A stretch of 64,000 nt of DNA from a virus. Positions 1 through 8,175 of the stretch are shown here, piece by piece (within the stretch, counting starts at the first letter, position 1; each line of letters begins with the position of its first letter). The translations under genes and the position numbers were made by a program. Below the pieces are notes generated by a model, which was given only the letters and a program-made list of their open reading frames with translations, did not search any database and had not been told where the DNA came from. The stretch is from the IMG/VR virus record IMGVR_UViG_3300011115_001056, positions 1-64,000 of that record, one strand, 5' to 3'.

Positions 1-29
1 ACCGGAAAAGATTTTGGCAAAACTAAAAA

Positions 30-527
30 ATGAAAAAAATATCTTATAGAAATATATTGCCTAGAGAGCAACAGACAATAACTTCTGATAAACTACCAAC
101 CATTGGAAACTCTGATTCTGCAACAGAATCTGGAGGTAGAGCAGGATATCTCTTTACCGGACTTCCGGATACTCACCCTCTTCCCGACGAACCTATGACA
201 ACAGAGCATGTTGGATTAATAAATGAGTTTCTTTCTATGGCAGATGAACTAGATGATGATGGATTAGAATCTGAAGCTGACTTTATTGATTTCTTAATCC
301 AAAAATTTGCAGCAGTCTCTCTTCCTGCATCGGAAGAAGAAAAATATATAGAATATATTTATAAAATATATAACTCTGATATTCCAAATTCATTATCTAA
401 AATTAAAACTTTAACTACCGATTATTCCAAAAAAATAACAGAATTGATGCTCACAGGGATTGATAAAGAGTCCTCCAAAAAAGAATCATTTGGTTCCGCA
501 CTTATGAGGGAGAACATTAATGCTTAA
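30..527 (+). CDS. Putative internal head protein
   Basis: 165-aa ORF; N-terminal MKKISY and internal FLSMADELDDDGLESEADFIDFLIQKFAA motif shared with other head-region ORFs. Confidence 0.5.
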   Translation: MKKISYRNILPREQQTITSDKLPTIGNSDSATESGGRAGYLFTGLPDTHPLPDEPMTTEHVGLINEFLSMADELDDDGLESEADFIDFLIQKFAAVSLPASEEEKYIEYIYKIYNSDIPNSLSKIKTLTTDYSKKITELMLTGIDKESSKKESFGSALMRENINA

Positions 528-807
528 AAATGCACAATATAGAGAGTCGGACCCAAAATATGTTGCAGAAGAAGTTTCTAAAATTATCAGGGTAATTATC
601 AGCAAAATGTCCATTGAATCTCAAAATAAAGCAAAAATTAATCTTAAAAATAGATTTCTAAGATTAAATTCACAAGAAATGAGTAATAAAAAAACTCCTG
701 CTGGAGCATCAATTGGAACCAGTATTGCTTTAGTTAAAAATATATTAAATGGAAGAGATGGTTATTTTATAAAATCAGTCATAGACGAATTAGTAAGATT
801 ACTATAA
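520..807 (+). CDS. Hypothetical phage head-region protein
   Basis: 95-aa ORF, GGAG upstream, overlaps previous gene; starts MLKNAQ. Confidence 0.6.
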   Translation: MLKNAQYRESDPKYVAEEVSKIIRVIISKMSIESQNKAKINLKNRFLRLNSQEMSNKKTPAGASIGTSIALVKNILNGRDGYFIKSVIDELVRLL

Positions 808-816
808 GAGAAGGAT

Positions 817-2931
817 ATGAAGAAATACTCATCATCAACATTAACAACAAGAAGCGAACCATCGGATCATGACTTTGATTCATCAACTGATGAGATAAAT
901 TATCCAGAGAGAGGCTATCAAACTTTCAACACAACCTTTGTAAACATTTTTAATGGAGAATCTATTGCGGAACCATTTGGATACGAATCTGGAATGATAA
1001 GTCCACTAGATAATAATGCAAATGATGGTGAAGAGTTTTCAACTCCTGGGCCAAAAGAAGCCTCTATATCTACCTTTAAAGGTATGGTTTCCACTGGAAG
1101 CTGGTCATCAATAGCTACCTTTAACCTTAACCTTGACATTGATAAAATTCAAAAATATTCTTCATCCAATTCTTTTGGATTAAAAAAAGATCTTAGGTTT
1201 TCAACTATAGATAAAAAGTATGATCTTTTTTATTTTGATTTTTCAGAAATTAAAAAAGCAGATCTTACATATTGCATAAGCAATGCCCTAGCCTCATCAA
1301 GACCAACCTCTGTTGGATTTATATCCGGAATTGGTCCTGAAAATTTTGATCAAATTACCTCTCTTGGATTTGTTAAGTCCAACTCTTTATCAAGTAAAGA
1401 TGTTTTTTTTCTAAAGAAAAATGATTTATCTAAAATATCTCATATTAAAATAACAAATTTTGATAAATCTAAAAAAGCAGAGTTTTTATGTGATGTTGCC
1501 ATAAACCTAGAAGATAAGATAGCTGGACTTCAGCCGTATAAGTCTTTAAAATATGGTTCAGGACTTTTGTTTACTTATGACAAGCCGCAAGATGTGACCT
1601 ATCATATGGGAACAGTATCATTTCCAATTGATATAATCTTTGTTCAATCATCTGGAAAAATTAAAAAGATTGCTGAAAATATTGCTCCAGGAACCTTAGG
1701 AGTATTTGGAGCATCTGATGTAGCGATGGTTCTTGAGATTTCTGGTGGAGCCAGCAAAGAATTAGGACTGGGGATTGGAGATTATGTTGAGCGGAATGTA
1801 GTTACCGCTGAAAGTATAGATAGTTTTAACAAACTATATGGAAATTATTCTTTAAAGAATAATTTTTATGTAAAGAAAGCATCGTTTACAAAAAATATTT
1901 CTTTTGGAGAATTTGAGATAATTAGCATTGATGGGTCTGGCAGTGGTCCATCAAGAATGATTAAGGCGGCTTCACTTGACTCCAAGAGTGTGGCTAAAAG
2001 AGAATTATCTGTATATAATTTTGATGATATTTTATTCTCTAATTTTGGAAAAATTAATAATTTAAATTATTCTAAATTTATAGAAAGAAAAGAAAATAAC
2101 TTATTATTTACTAAATCTTCATCTTTATCTAATTTTATGGCAATTAATTCCTTTACCCCTCCTGAAGTTAGAAAAGCATTTTATATGATAAAAGAAGATC
2201 TTTCTTCAAATAAACGTGTAGTCATTGCAACTAAAATTTCTAAAGATCTAGGTATTTTAAAATCATTAATTATCAAAAGAGCATCGGAAGAGGTAATCTT
2301 TGATAAAAACATTCACTCTATAGGTATTATTTCTATCCCAACTGACCTTATAGAATTACACAAAGAAGATCTTATGGAAAGGTTTTCTTCATCATCTATC
2401 TCATATAAAAATATATCTTTAACCAAAGAAGCAGGCGCTCCAATTTCTGATGATGTAAAGTCTCAGGCATCAGAATGTGTTAAGCTATTGTCTGAAGTTA
2501 AAGATGATTTAGATGAGATATTGTCTTCTTTTAAAAATAACTCTGAACAATATCTAAAAAATAAAGATAAACAAGAACTTATTAAGGGATCAAAAGAATC
2601 TTATAATTTATCTTGCAAAAGAATTTCTAAAAAAATTGTAAAAATGCTCTTAGGCGTAAAAGACATAATAAAGAAAATGAGCGATGTAAAAGATATTTCA
2701 TCTGTTGATGAGAAAATAGAATCATTATCTCTTTCTTGCAAAGAATTTGTTGATGTTGCCGAAGGCATCTTTGAATTAGAAACTAAAATAAAAGAATCAG
2801 ATTTTGTTGATAAATTATCTACAGAGACTAATAAAATTGAAAAATCTGCAGAAGATGTAAGTAATAATATTAAGAATTTTTCTGATTATATTTTAAAAAA
2901 TATTTTAAACAAAAAAGTTTTATCGAGGTAA
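817..2931 (+). CDS. DUF192-domain-containing putative virion protein with C-terminal helical bundle
   Basis: AAGGA RBS; segment GLQPY...GLLF...YHMGTVSFPIDIIFV...VLEISGG...LGIGDYV (about 1477-1791) resembles DUF192. Confidence 0.6.
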   Translation: MKKYSSSTLTTRSEPSDHDFDSSTDEINYPERGYQTFNTTFVNIFNGESIAEPFGYESGMISPLDNNANDGEEFSTPGPKEASISTFKGMVSTGSWSSIATFNLNLDIDKIQKYSSSNSFGLKKDLRFSTIDKKYDLFYFDFSEIKKADLTYCISNALASSRPTSVGFISGIGPENFDQITSLGFVKSNSLSSKDVFFLKKNDLSKISHIKITNFDKSKKAEFLCDVAINLEDKIAGLQPYKSLKYGSGLLFTYDKPQDVTYHMGTVSFPIDIIFVQSSGKIKKIAENIAPGTLGVFGASDVAMVLEISGGASKELGLGIGDYVERNVVTAESIDSFNKLYGNYSLKNNFYVKKASFTKNISFGEFEIISIDGSGSGPSRMIKAASLDSKSVAKRELSVYNFDDILFSNFGKINNLNYSKFIERKENNLLFTKSSSLSNFMAINSFTPPEVRKAFYMIKEDLSSNKRVVIATKISKDLGILKSLIIKRASEEVIFDKNIHSIGIISIPTDLIELHKEDLMERFSSSSISYKNISLTKEAGAPISDDVKSQASECVKLLSEVKDDLDEILSSFKNNSEQYLKNKDKQELIKGSKESYNLSCKRISKKIVKMLLGVKDIIKKMSDVKDISSVDEKIESLSLSCKEFVDVAEGIFELETKIKESDFVDKLSTETNKIEKSAEDVSNNIKNFSDYILKNILNKKVLSR

Positions 2932-2934
2932 ATA

Positions 2935-3147
2935 ATGTTTGTAAAGCATGGAGATAACACTAAGTCATTTTCAATAGAGAAGACTGGTAATAATTGTGAA
3001 GTTTGTAATCAACAAAAAATTAATATTAATGGAAAAATAGAATGTGGCTGCTCTGAGAATAAAATTTTTGAAAAGTCTAAAAAAATTCTTACACAGGACA
3101 ATCTTTCGGCTAATTTTCAAGAAAATAAGCGAGTAGAAGATGTTTAA
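2935..3147 (+). CDS. Small Cys-rich (CxxC...CxC) protein
   Basis: 70-aa ORF with GAGG RBS; CEVC and CGC motifs. Confidence 0.55.
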   Translation: MFVKHGDNTKSFSIEKTGNNCEVCNQQKININGKIECGCSENKIFEKSKKILTQDNLSANFQENKRVEDV

Positions 3148-6100
3148 AAAAATAGGTTATTCCCCATCCCCCATTACAAAGCTATCGAAAGACGCAGTTC
3201 TTGCCGATCCTGTTATTGTCGAAAGAATGACAAAACTAGCTCACGAGATCAAGAGTCTTGCTGCAAAGTCTGATGACTTTCTTTATTTCTCCATTATCTT
3301 TCTTAAGTCCGCAGAATCCTCCCTTCTTGATGAGGCAGGAAATCTGAAGAAAGTAGGAAATGATAGAGCTTGGGGTTACTTTGATGAGGGCTGGAAGTGG
3401 CACGGAAATGTTAAACCACACAAGAATAACAACGGCGATATTTTTCCTGAGATTGAATTAAAAAAGGCAGCATCCAAATGGATCGGAATGCCTCTCTGCA
3501 AAGATCATGAATCATCCTCCGTTGATGGAATCAGAGGTATCATTCTCGATACCTATTATGATGATAAGATGAAGCAGGTAGTTGGTCTTTGTGCTCTTGA
3601 TAGAGTAAATTATGGAGATCTTGCTAGAAAAGTTGAAACTGGCGTAGTAAGATATGGATCAATGGGTACCGCAGTAGAAACCTCTGTTTGCTCTGATTGT
3701 CAGAATTTTGCAAAAACTGCAAGCGAATACTGTAATCACGTTAAGAGTCGCACCGCTTGGGGAGAAGTAAACGTAGGACTCAAACCAATTGAGTACAGCT
3801 TGGTTGTTCAACCTGCAGAACCCGGTGCAGTTCTTCTTCGTTGCATTGCTTCACTTCAAGACTATAAGAAAGAGTTTTCTAACTATGGCGTTCAGAATTT
3901 TGATGAGATGCTTGGAAAGCTTTCTCTCGATCAAGCACAACACCTCAGTACTATAGTCAAAACTGCTTGCGGAGAGGAGGGATGTTCTCCTTCCGAAAGA
4001 AGAAAAATTATTACATCATTTTTAAAAAACAACAGCTTTTTAGCTCCACCAATTAACGAAGAACAAAGTATGACCTCCTCTTGGAGTGATGCTCTTCGTA
4101 ATCCCGGAGAATTTGTTAGCCATAATCTTGATGGTGTACCAGATTACACCGGAACTGATGGTAGCAAGGGAGTTATTGCGTCTGGCGTAGAAAATTCAGC
4201 CGATAGAGGAAATCCATTTCTAGGAGATACGATTCTAGATAATATTCCCGATATTAACGAAACTGTCAAAAGTGCCTCTCAATTAAATGAGGGCAGGAAA
4301 TCTAAGTCTCTAATTTCAACAATCATGGAGGATATAATGACCGAGTCACAGCTCAAGAAAAGAGCAGAATTAAGAAGAAAACTAGCCTATCATCAGGGTG
4401 GAGCAGACGGTGTAGAGCCAACCGGCACCTACAAGTCCAAACCATTCTCTCACAACGAAGATAAACACATGAAGCAGACCAAGACCATGGGTAGCAAAGA
4501 TAGCCTCTTCCCAGGCGACGAGCAGAAGAAAGAGAAGCTTTCTCGTGCAGATCTTGAAGAGCGTCAGATGCGTCGTGTTGCTTACTTCCAGGGCGGATCT
4601 GAGAAGGCAGCTGAGCCTGTAGGCTACAAATCTAAGCCATTCTCTTACAATGAAGATAAGCACATGAAGCAAACCAAATCTATGGGTAGCAAGGAAACTA
4701 TGTTTCCAGGCGATGAGAAGACCAAGCAGACTCTCAAAAGAGCCGCTTATAACGGTCCATCCCTCAGCACCAAACTAAGCTGGCCAGTTTCTCCTGCCGG
4801 TGGCATCAACAAGTCCGCTGCACTCTTCGAAGTTTACGCTGGTGATAGGAAGGTAATTGCCGCAACAGGCCACGAAATCTTCGGTGATGAAGTTGGTCAG
4901 AATTGGGGTTGGTTTACCAGCAAGGAATACGGTCAGGAAGTTTGCAAACAAATTAGAACTGCAGGTCTTAGCCAAGTTGCCGTACTTCTTAAGGGTGCAC
5001 AGGCCGTAGACCCAGCCGCACCAGTTCCTCCTCCTGCTCCTGCCGATATGCCTCCAGCCCCTCCAATGCCTGATATGGGCGGTATGCCTGATATGGGCGA
5101 TGAGTCTGAAGAGGGCGAAGAAAAGAAGTCTCCAAAAGAAGAAGTTGAGGAATCTCTCACAGTAATGGAGAGTGAGATTGATAAGGTCAGAAAGTCTCTA
5201 CAGAGCCTCACCGGCGGTGAAGATGTTAACGTAAATGTTAATGTTGGAAAAGAAGAAGAAGAGGGCGGCTCACTTAAGCTTTCCCATTCTGTTGCACGTC
5301 AATTAAAGACTGCTCTAGCTGAAATGAATGAGTCTGCTGACGAACTCGCCATGATTGCTGAAACCTATGAAGGTGCTGGTCGCCTTTCTTCTAGCAATAG
5401 AAGAGAGCTTGACAAGATTGCTACAGCTTCTCTTAGAGAGGCATCAAGCCTTATTGGCCAGTCTACAACTCTTACCAAAATGGCAAGAACACTCTCTGTT
5501 GAGCTAACCAAGGTTGCAAAGATTGCATATGCAGAAGATCATTCTTCAATGGCCTATGATTCCGCAGAAGATTATGCTGCAGATATGATGGGCCACATGT
5601 CTGATGATGCTGCAGACATGATGAGCCATATGTCTGATGATTCTGATGACGATCTTGCTGATGATTCAGATCATGAAGATGATTCTGTTAATGACCTTAT
5701 GTCAAAGGCAATGGATTTTAGACGTATTAGAAGAGAACAAATTGTAGTTGAGGCTGCTAAAAAGTCCAAGAAGATGGATGAAAAAATGGAGAAGCTGAGA
5801 GCCTCCAAGAAGGGTGATAAGAAAGACGAAAAGGCTGATAAAAAAGACGAAAAGAAAGGTGATAAGAAAGACGAAAAGCCTGCAAAAAAGAAGGCATTTG
5901 AAGAAGTTGAAATGTCAAAATCTGCCGGTCTTCGTGATATGGTAAACAATGCATTTCAGACCAAGAAGGCCGAAGATGAGAAAGACTCCTACAAGATTAA
6001 GCTTCGTAGAGCTTACGATGTTGCCATAGAGATGCAGAAGAAAGGATTACTTCCTATCAGCAAGACTGCTCTTGATAAGCAAGTAGATGACATCATGGAC

Positions 6101-6271
6101 TTTGATGATAAGGCCTTTGAAGCATTCAAGAGAAGCGTTGCCTCCGCCAGAACAGTAGAGACAATAAAGATTGCAAGAGATCTCGGCGGCGTTAATGTCG
6201 GCGTAGAGTCAACTGCAGATCAGTCTTCATCTAGATCAACTGCAGAACTACTCAGCATGCTCTGGGAATAA
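3140..6271 (+). CDS. Prohead maturation protease fused to scaffolding region
   Basis: N-terminal NNNGDIF...GMPLCKDH...GIILD...SMGT...CSDC..CNH...EYSLVVQPAEPGA pattern of phage prohead proteases; long acidic, Pro-rich and coiled-coil C-terminal part; lies upstream of capsid gene. Confidence 0.75.
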   Translation: MFKKIGYSPSPITKLSKDAVLADPVIVERMTKLAHEIKSLAAKSDDFLYFSIIFLKSAESSLLDEAGNLKKVGNDRAWGYFDEGWKWHGNVKPHKNNNGDIFPEIELKKAASKWIGMPLCKDHESSSVDGIRGIILDTYYDDKMKQVVGLCALDRVNYGDLARKVETGVVRYGSMGTAVETSVCSDCQNFAKTASEYCNHVKSRTAWGEVNVGLKPIEYSLVVQPAEPGAVLLRCIASLQDYKKEFSNYGVQNFDEMLGKLSLDQAQHLSTIVKTACGEEGCSPSERRKIITSFLKNNSFLAPPINEEQSMTSSWSDALRNPGEFVSHNLDGVPDYTGTDGSKGVIASGVENSADRGNPFLGDTILDNIPDINETVKSASQLNEGRKSKSLISTIMEDIMTESQLKKRAELRRKLAYHQGGADGVEPTGTYKSKPFSHNEDKHMKQTKTMGSKDSLFPGDEQKKEKLSRADLEERQMRRVAYFQGGSEKAAEPVGYKSKPFSYNEDKHMKQTKSMGSKETMFPGDEKTKQTLKRAAYNGPSLSTKLSWPVSPAGGINKSAALFEVYAGDRKVIAATGHEIFGDEVGQNWGWFTSKEYGQEVCKQIRTAGLSQVAVLLKGAQAVDPAAPVPPPAPADMPPAPPMPDMGGMPDMGDESEEGEEKKSPKEEVEESLTVMESEIDKVRKSLQSLTGGEDVNVNVNVGKEEEEGGSLKLSHSVARQLKTALAEMNESADELAMIAETYEGAGRLSSSNRRELDKIATASLREASSLIGQSTTLTKMARTLSVELTKVAKIAYAEDHSSMAYDSAEDYAADMMGHMSDDAADMMSHMSDDSDDDLADDSDHEDDSVNDLMSKAMDFRRIRREQIVVEAAKKSKKMDEKMEKLRASKKGDKKDEKADKKDEKKGDKKDEKPAKKKAFEEVEMSKSAGLRDMVNNAFQTKKAEDEKDSYKIKLRRAYDVAIEMQKKGLLPISKTALDKQVDDIMDFDDKAFEAFKRSVASARTVETIKIARDLGGVNVGVESTADQSSSRSTAELLSMLWE
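4337..6271 (+). CDS. Nested in-frame scaffold protein (internal start)
   Basis: GGAGG at 4327-4331 then ATG at 4337, in frame with 3140; codon usage shifts to the capsid-like style around here. Confidence 0.55.
   Translation: MTESQLKKRAELRRKLAYHQGGADGVEPTGTYKSKPFSHNEDKHMKQTKTMGSKDSLFPGDEQKKEKLSRADLEERQMRRVAYFQGGSEKAAEPVGYKSKPFSYNEDKHMKQTKSMGSKETMFPGDEKTKQTLKRAAYNGPSLSTKLSWPVSPAGGINKSAALFEVYAGDRKVIAATGHEIFGDEVGQNWGWFTSKEYGQEVCKQIRTAGLSQVAVLLKGAQAVDPAAPVPPPAPADMPPAPPMPDMGGMPDMGDESEEGEEKKSPKEEVEESLTVMESEIDKVRKSLQSLTGGEDVNVNVNVGKEEEEGGSLKLSHSVARQLKTALAEMNESADELAMIAETYEGAGRLSSSNRRELDKIATASLREASSLIGQSTTLTKMARTLSVELTKVAKIAYAEDHSSMAYDSAEDYAADMMGHMSDDAADMMSHMSDDSDDDLADDSDHEDDSVNDLMSKAMDFRRIRREQIVVEAAKKSKKMDEKMEKLRASKKGDKKDEKADKKDEKKGDKKDEKPAKKKAFEEVEMSKSAGLRDMVNNAFQTKKAEDEKDSYKIKLRRAYDVAIEMQKKGLLPISKTALDKQVDDIMDFDDKAFEAFKRSVASARTVETIKIARDLGGVNVGVESTADQSSSRSTAELLSMLWE
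4385..4744 (+). repeat. Two ~55-aa direct repeats in scaffold region
   Basis: AYHQGG...YKSKPFSHNEDKHMKQTKTMGSKDSLFPGDE and AYFQGG...YKSKPFSYNEDKHMKQTKSMGSKETMFPGDE (4385-4549, 4580-4744). Confidence 0.9.
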
Positions 6272-6280
6272 GGAAATAAA

Positions 6281-6874
6281 ATGAGAAAAATTGCCGCAGA
6301 TTTAATTGCAAATGAAATGTTCGCTCTACTCAAGAAAAATGCTTCTTTAGAAGAGAAGGTAGTGATGGAAAATCAGGCTGAAGATGACTCTACTGAGGAT
6401 AACTCTACTGAGTATGATTCTGCTGAGGATGATTCTGATGAAGAATTAGAAGACAACCTTGAGGATTTTCTAATGGCAGACGACGAAGTAGAGGATGACG
6501 TCTCCTACGTTGATGATGAAATAGACAATATGAAAGGTATGTCTAACGATCTAATGAGACGCTTTAATGGCTCCGATGCTATGAATTCGGATAAATCCGA
6601 TGATAGCGCTGACCTTATGGCTTCCGCCAGTGATCGTCATCTCATGCAGGGTCTTGGTAAAATTGAAGCATCACTTCGTCGTAAAGGCGAAGGATTTGCT
6701 GCAGACCTAGTCCGTACTACCGCCCTCAGCATCCAAGAAGATATCGTCAAAGAAGCTTCTCAGAAGACTTACGTTTTAAGAAGTCTTATAAAGATGGCAT
6801 CCAATCTCGACCGTAATGGCGACAGAAAGGCAGCCTCCCTGGTAAAGGCAACTATCGCAAAAATCAACAGATAA
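6281..6874 (+). CDS. Acidic putative internal head/core protein
   Basis: AGGA RBS; D/E-rich centre; two copies of shared helical motif at C-terminus. Confidence 0.6.
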   Translation: MRKIAADLIANEMFALLKKNASLEEKVVMENQAEDDSTEDNSTEYDSAEDDSDEELEDNLEDFLMADDEVEDDVSYVDDEIDNMKGMSNDLMRRFNGSDAMNSDKSDDSADLMASASDRHLMQGLGKIEASLRRKGEGFAADLVRTTALSIQEDIVKEASQKTYVLRSLIKMASNLDRNGDRKAASLVKATIAKINR

Positions 6875-6893
6875 TAATTTTTCTGTAGATTAA

Positions 6894-6935
6894 AAGAAGT
6901 AGGGGTAGTAACATACTCCTACTTCTTATTTTTTT
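6894..6935 (+). terminator. Rho-independent terminator
   Basis: AAGAAGTAGGGGTA-gtaaca-TACTCCTACTTCTT stem-loop followed by T7. Confidence 0.85.
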
Positions 6936-6968
6936 GCTAATTAATAAAGATTACTTTGGAGATACCCA

Positions 6969-7667
6969 GTGTTAAAAGTAATACATTCCGGAAATGCCAT
7001 GCCTATGTCACTTCCTGTGGATCCAACCGCAGAGTTTCAGCCCGGAGCATTTGCCCAACTTAGAGTTATCGGCAATGATATAGTCGCAGGAGTTTCTGAC
7101 GGAACTGCCCCCATCGGAATTATTGATGATGCCAGAATTGCGGCATTTACAAGATCTCAAATTGATGAGATTGTTCAGATTCAAGTTCCTGCAGCATCAA
7201 TAGGTGTTGATACTAATGGAAGGCTAGTAAATACTGTAGAGGTTAGTAGCCCACTTGAAAATCCACATTTAATTCAGTCCAGCTTTATTTCTAACATCTC
7301 TGTCTTCTTAAACTACGTCAATGGCATTGTTACAGTTCCTGCTGGAACAGAACTAAATTATGATTTTGATGGCGATGGAACAAATGATGGATTTAAAATT
7401 GTAACTAGCTATATATATCGTATTTCAAATAAGCCCGGAGATGATACAACTCTATCTAGCGGAAGAGTTACCATTCACTATCAGCGCGGTATTTATGCAA
7501 CAGATCAGTTTGATACAACTCAAGCCTATCCTCTAAATGCAACTCTATATGTTGGTCTTGATGGACTTTTGACATCAAAACAACCTACAGAGAATCATCC
7601 TGGGATTGCCCTTGTTACTGGCCCTCCTGCATCTACCCAAAATAACTTAGAATTTTTGCTTCTATAA
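6969..7667 (+). CDS. Capsid decoration/cement-like protein (paralog 1)
   Basis: GTG start with GGAG; PIGIIDD...SGRVTI..QRGIYATD...NATLYV..DGLLT pattern shared with 10377-11039; head module position. Confidence 0.55.
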   Translation: MLKVIHSGNAMPMSLPVDPTAEFQPGAFAQLRVIGNDIVAGVSDGTAPIGIIDDARIAAFTRSQIDEIVQIQVPAASIGVDTNGRLVNTVEVSSPLENPHLIQSSFISNISVFLNYVNGIVTVPAGTELNYDFDGDGTNDGFKIVTSYIYRISNKPGDDTTLSSGRVTIHYQRGIYATDQFDTTQAYPLNATLYVGLDGLLTSKQPTENHPGIALVTGPPASTQNNLEFLLL

Positions 7668-7736
7668 TATTAAAATAAAATAGCTAATTAGCAACCTACT
7701 ATTATTTTGCTAAGTATTTAACACACGGAGAGTTGT

Positions 7737-8174
7737 ATGTTTAAAAAATGGCCAAAAGAAGATAGAGGCTCTTGGGAAAGAAGCGAAGTAATGAAAGAGC
7801 TTGAATCTCAAATTCTTGCAAAATATGCTACAGTAGAGAGATTTGCTCAGGCAAAAGTTAATCTTCCAGATACATCTAAAATAAATGAAGCCACCAAGGC
7901 GGTTAATGATTTTAATGCTGCAGCTGGCAAACTATCAGAAACAATGTCCGGTTCCGCAGATGATGGGGCAGTAGAAAAGAACTGTACTTGTGATAACTCT
8001 TCCGATCAAATGTGTGCCGCTTGTGGTGATAACTATGCTGATGATGAAGTATCCATGGCCAAAGATGAAATTATTAATGAGTTACAAAGAATGGCTGATG
8101 AAGCTATTGGTATGAGAAATATAAAATTGGCATATAAAATTGAAAGAACTATTTCTGAGATGAAGGAAGAATAA
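7737..8174 (+). CDS. Putative internal head protein
   Basis: GGAG RBS; CTC..CAAC; C-terminal LQRMADEAIGMRNIKLAYKIERTI helical motif. Confidence 0.55.
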   Translation: MFKKWPKEDRGSWERSEVMKELESQILAKYATVERFAQAKVNLPDTSKINEATKAVNDFNAAAGKLSETMSGSADDGAVEKNCTCDNSSDQMCAACGDNYADDEVSMAKDEIINELQRMADEAIGMRNIKLAYKIERTISEMKEE

Positions 8175-8175
8175 G

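Noticed and set aside
4382-5954. Several short minus-strand ORFs within the protease/scaffold gene, and similar ones opposite other long genes
   Set aside because: Fully overlapped by well-supported plus-strand genes; low-complexity mirror translations
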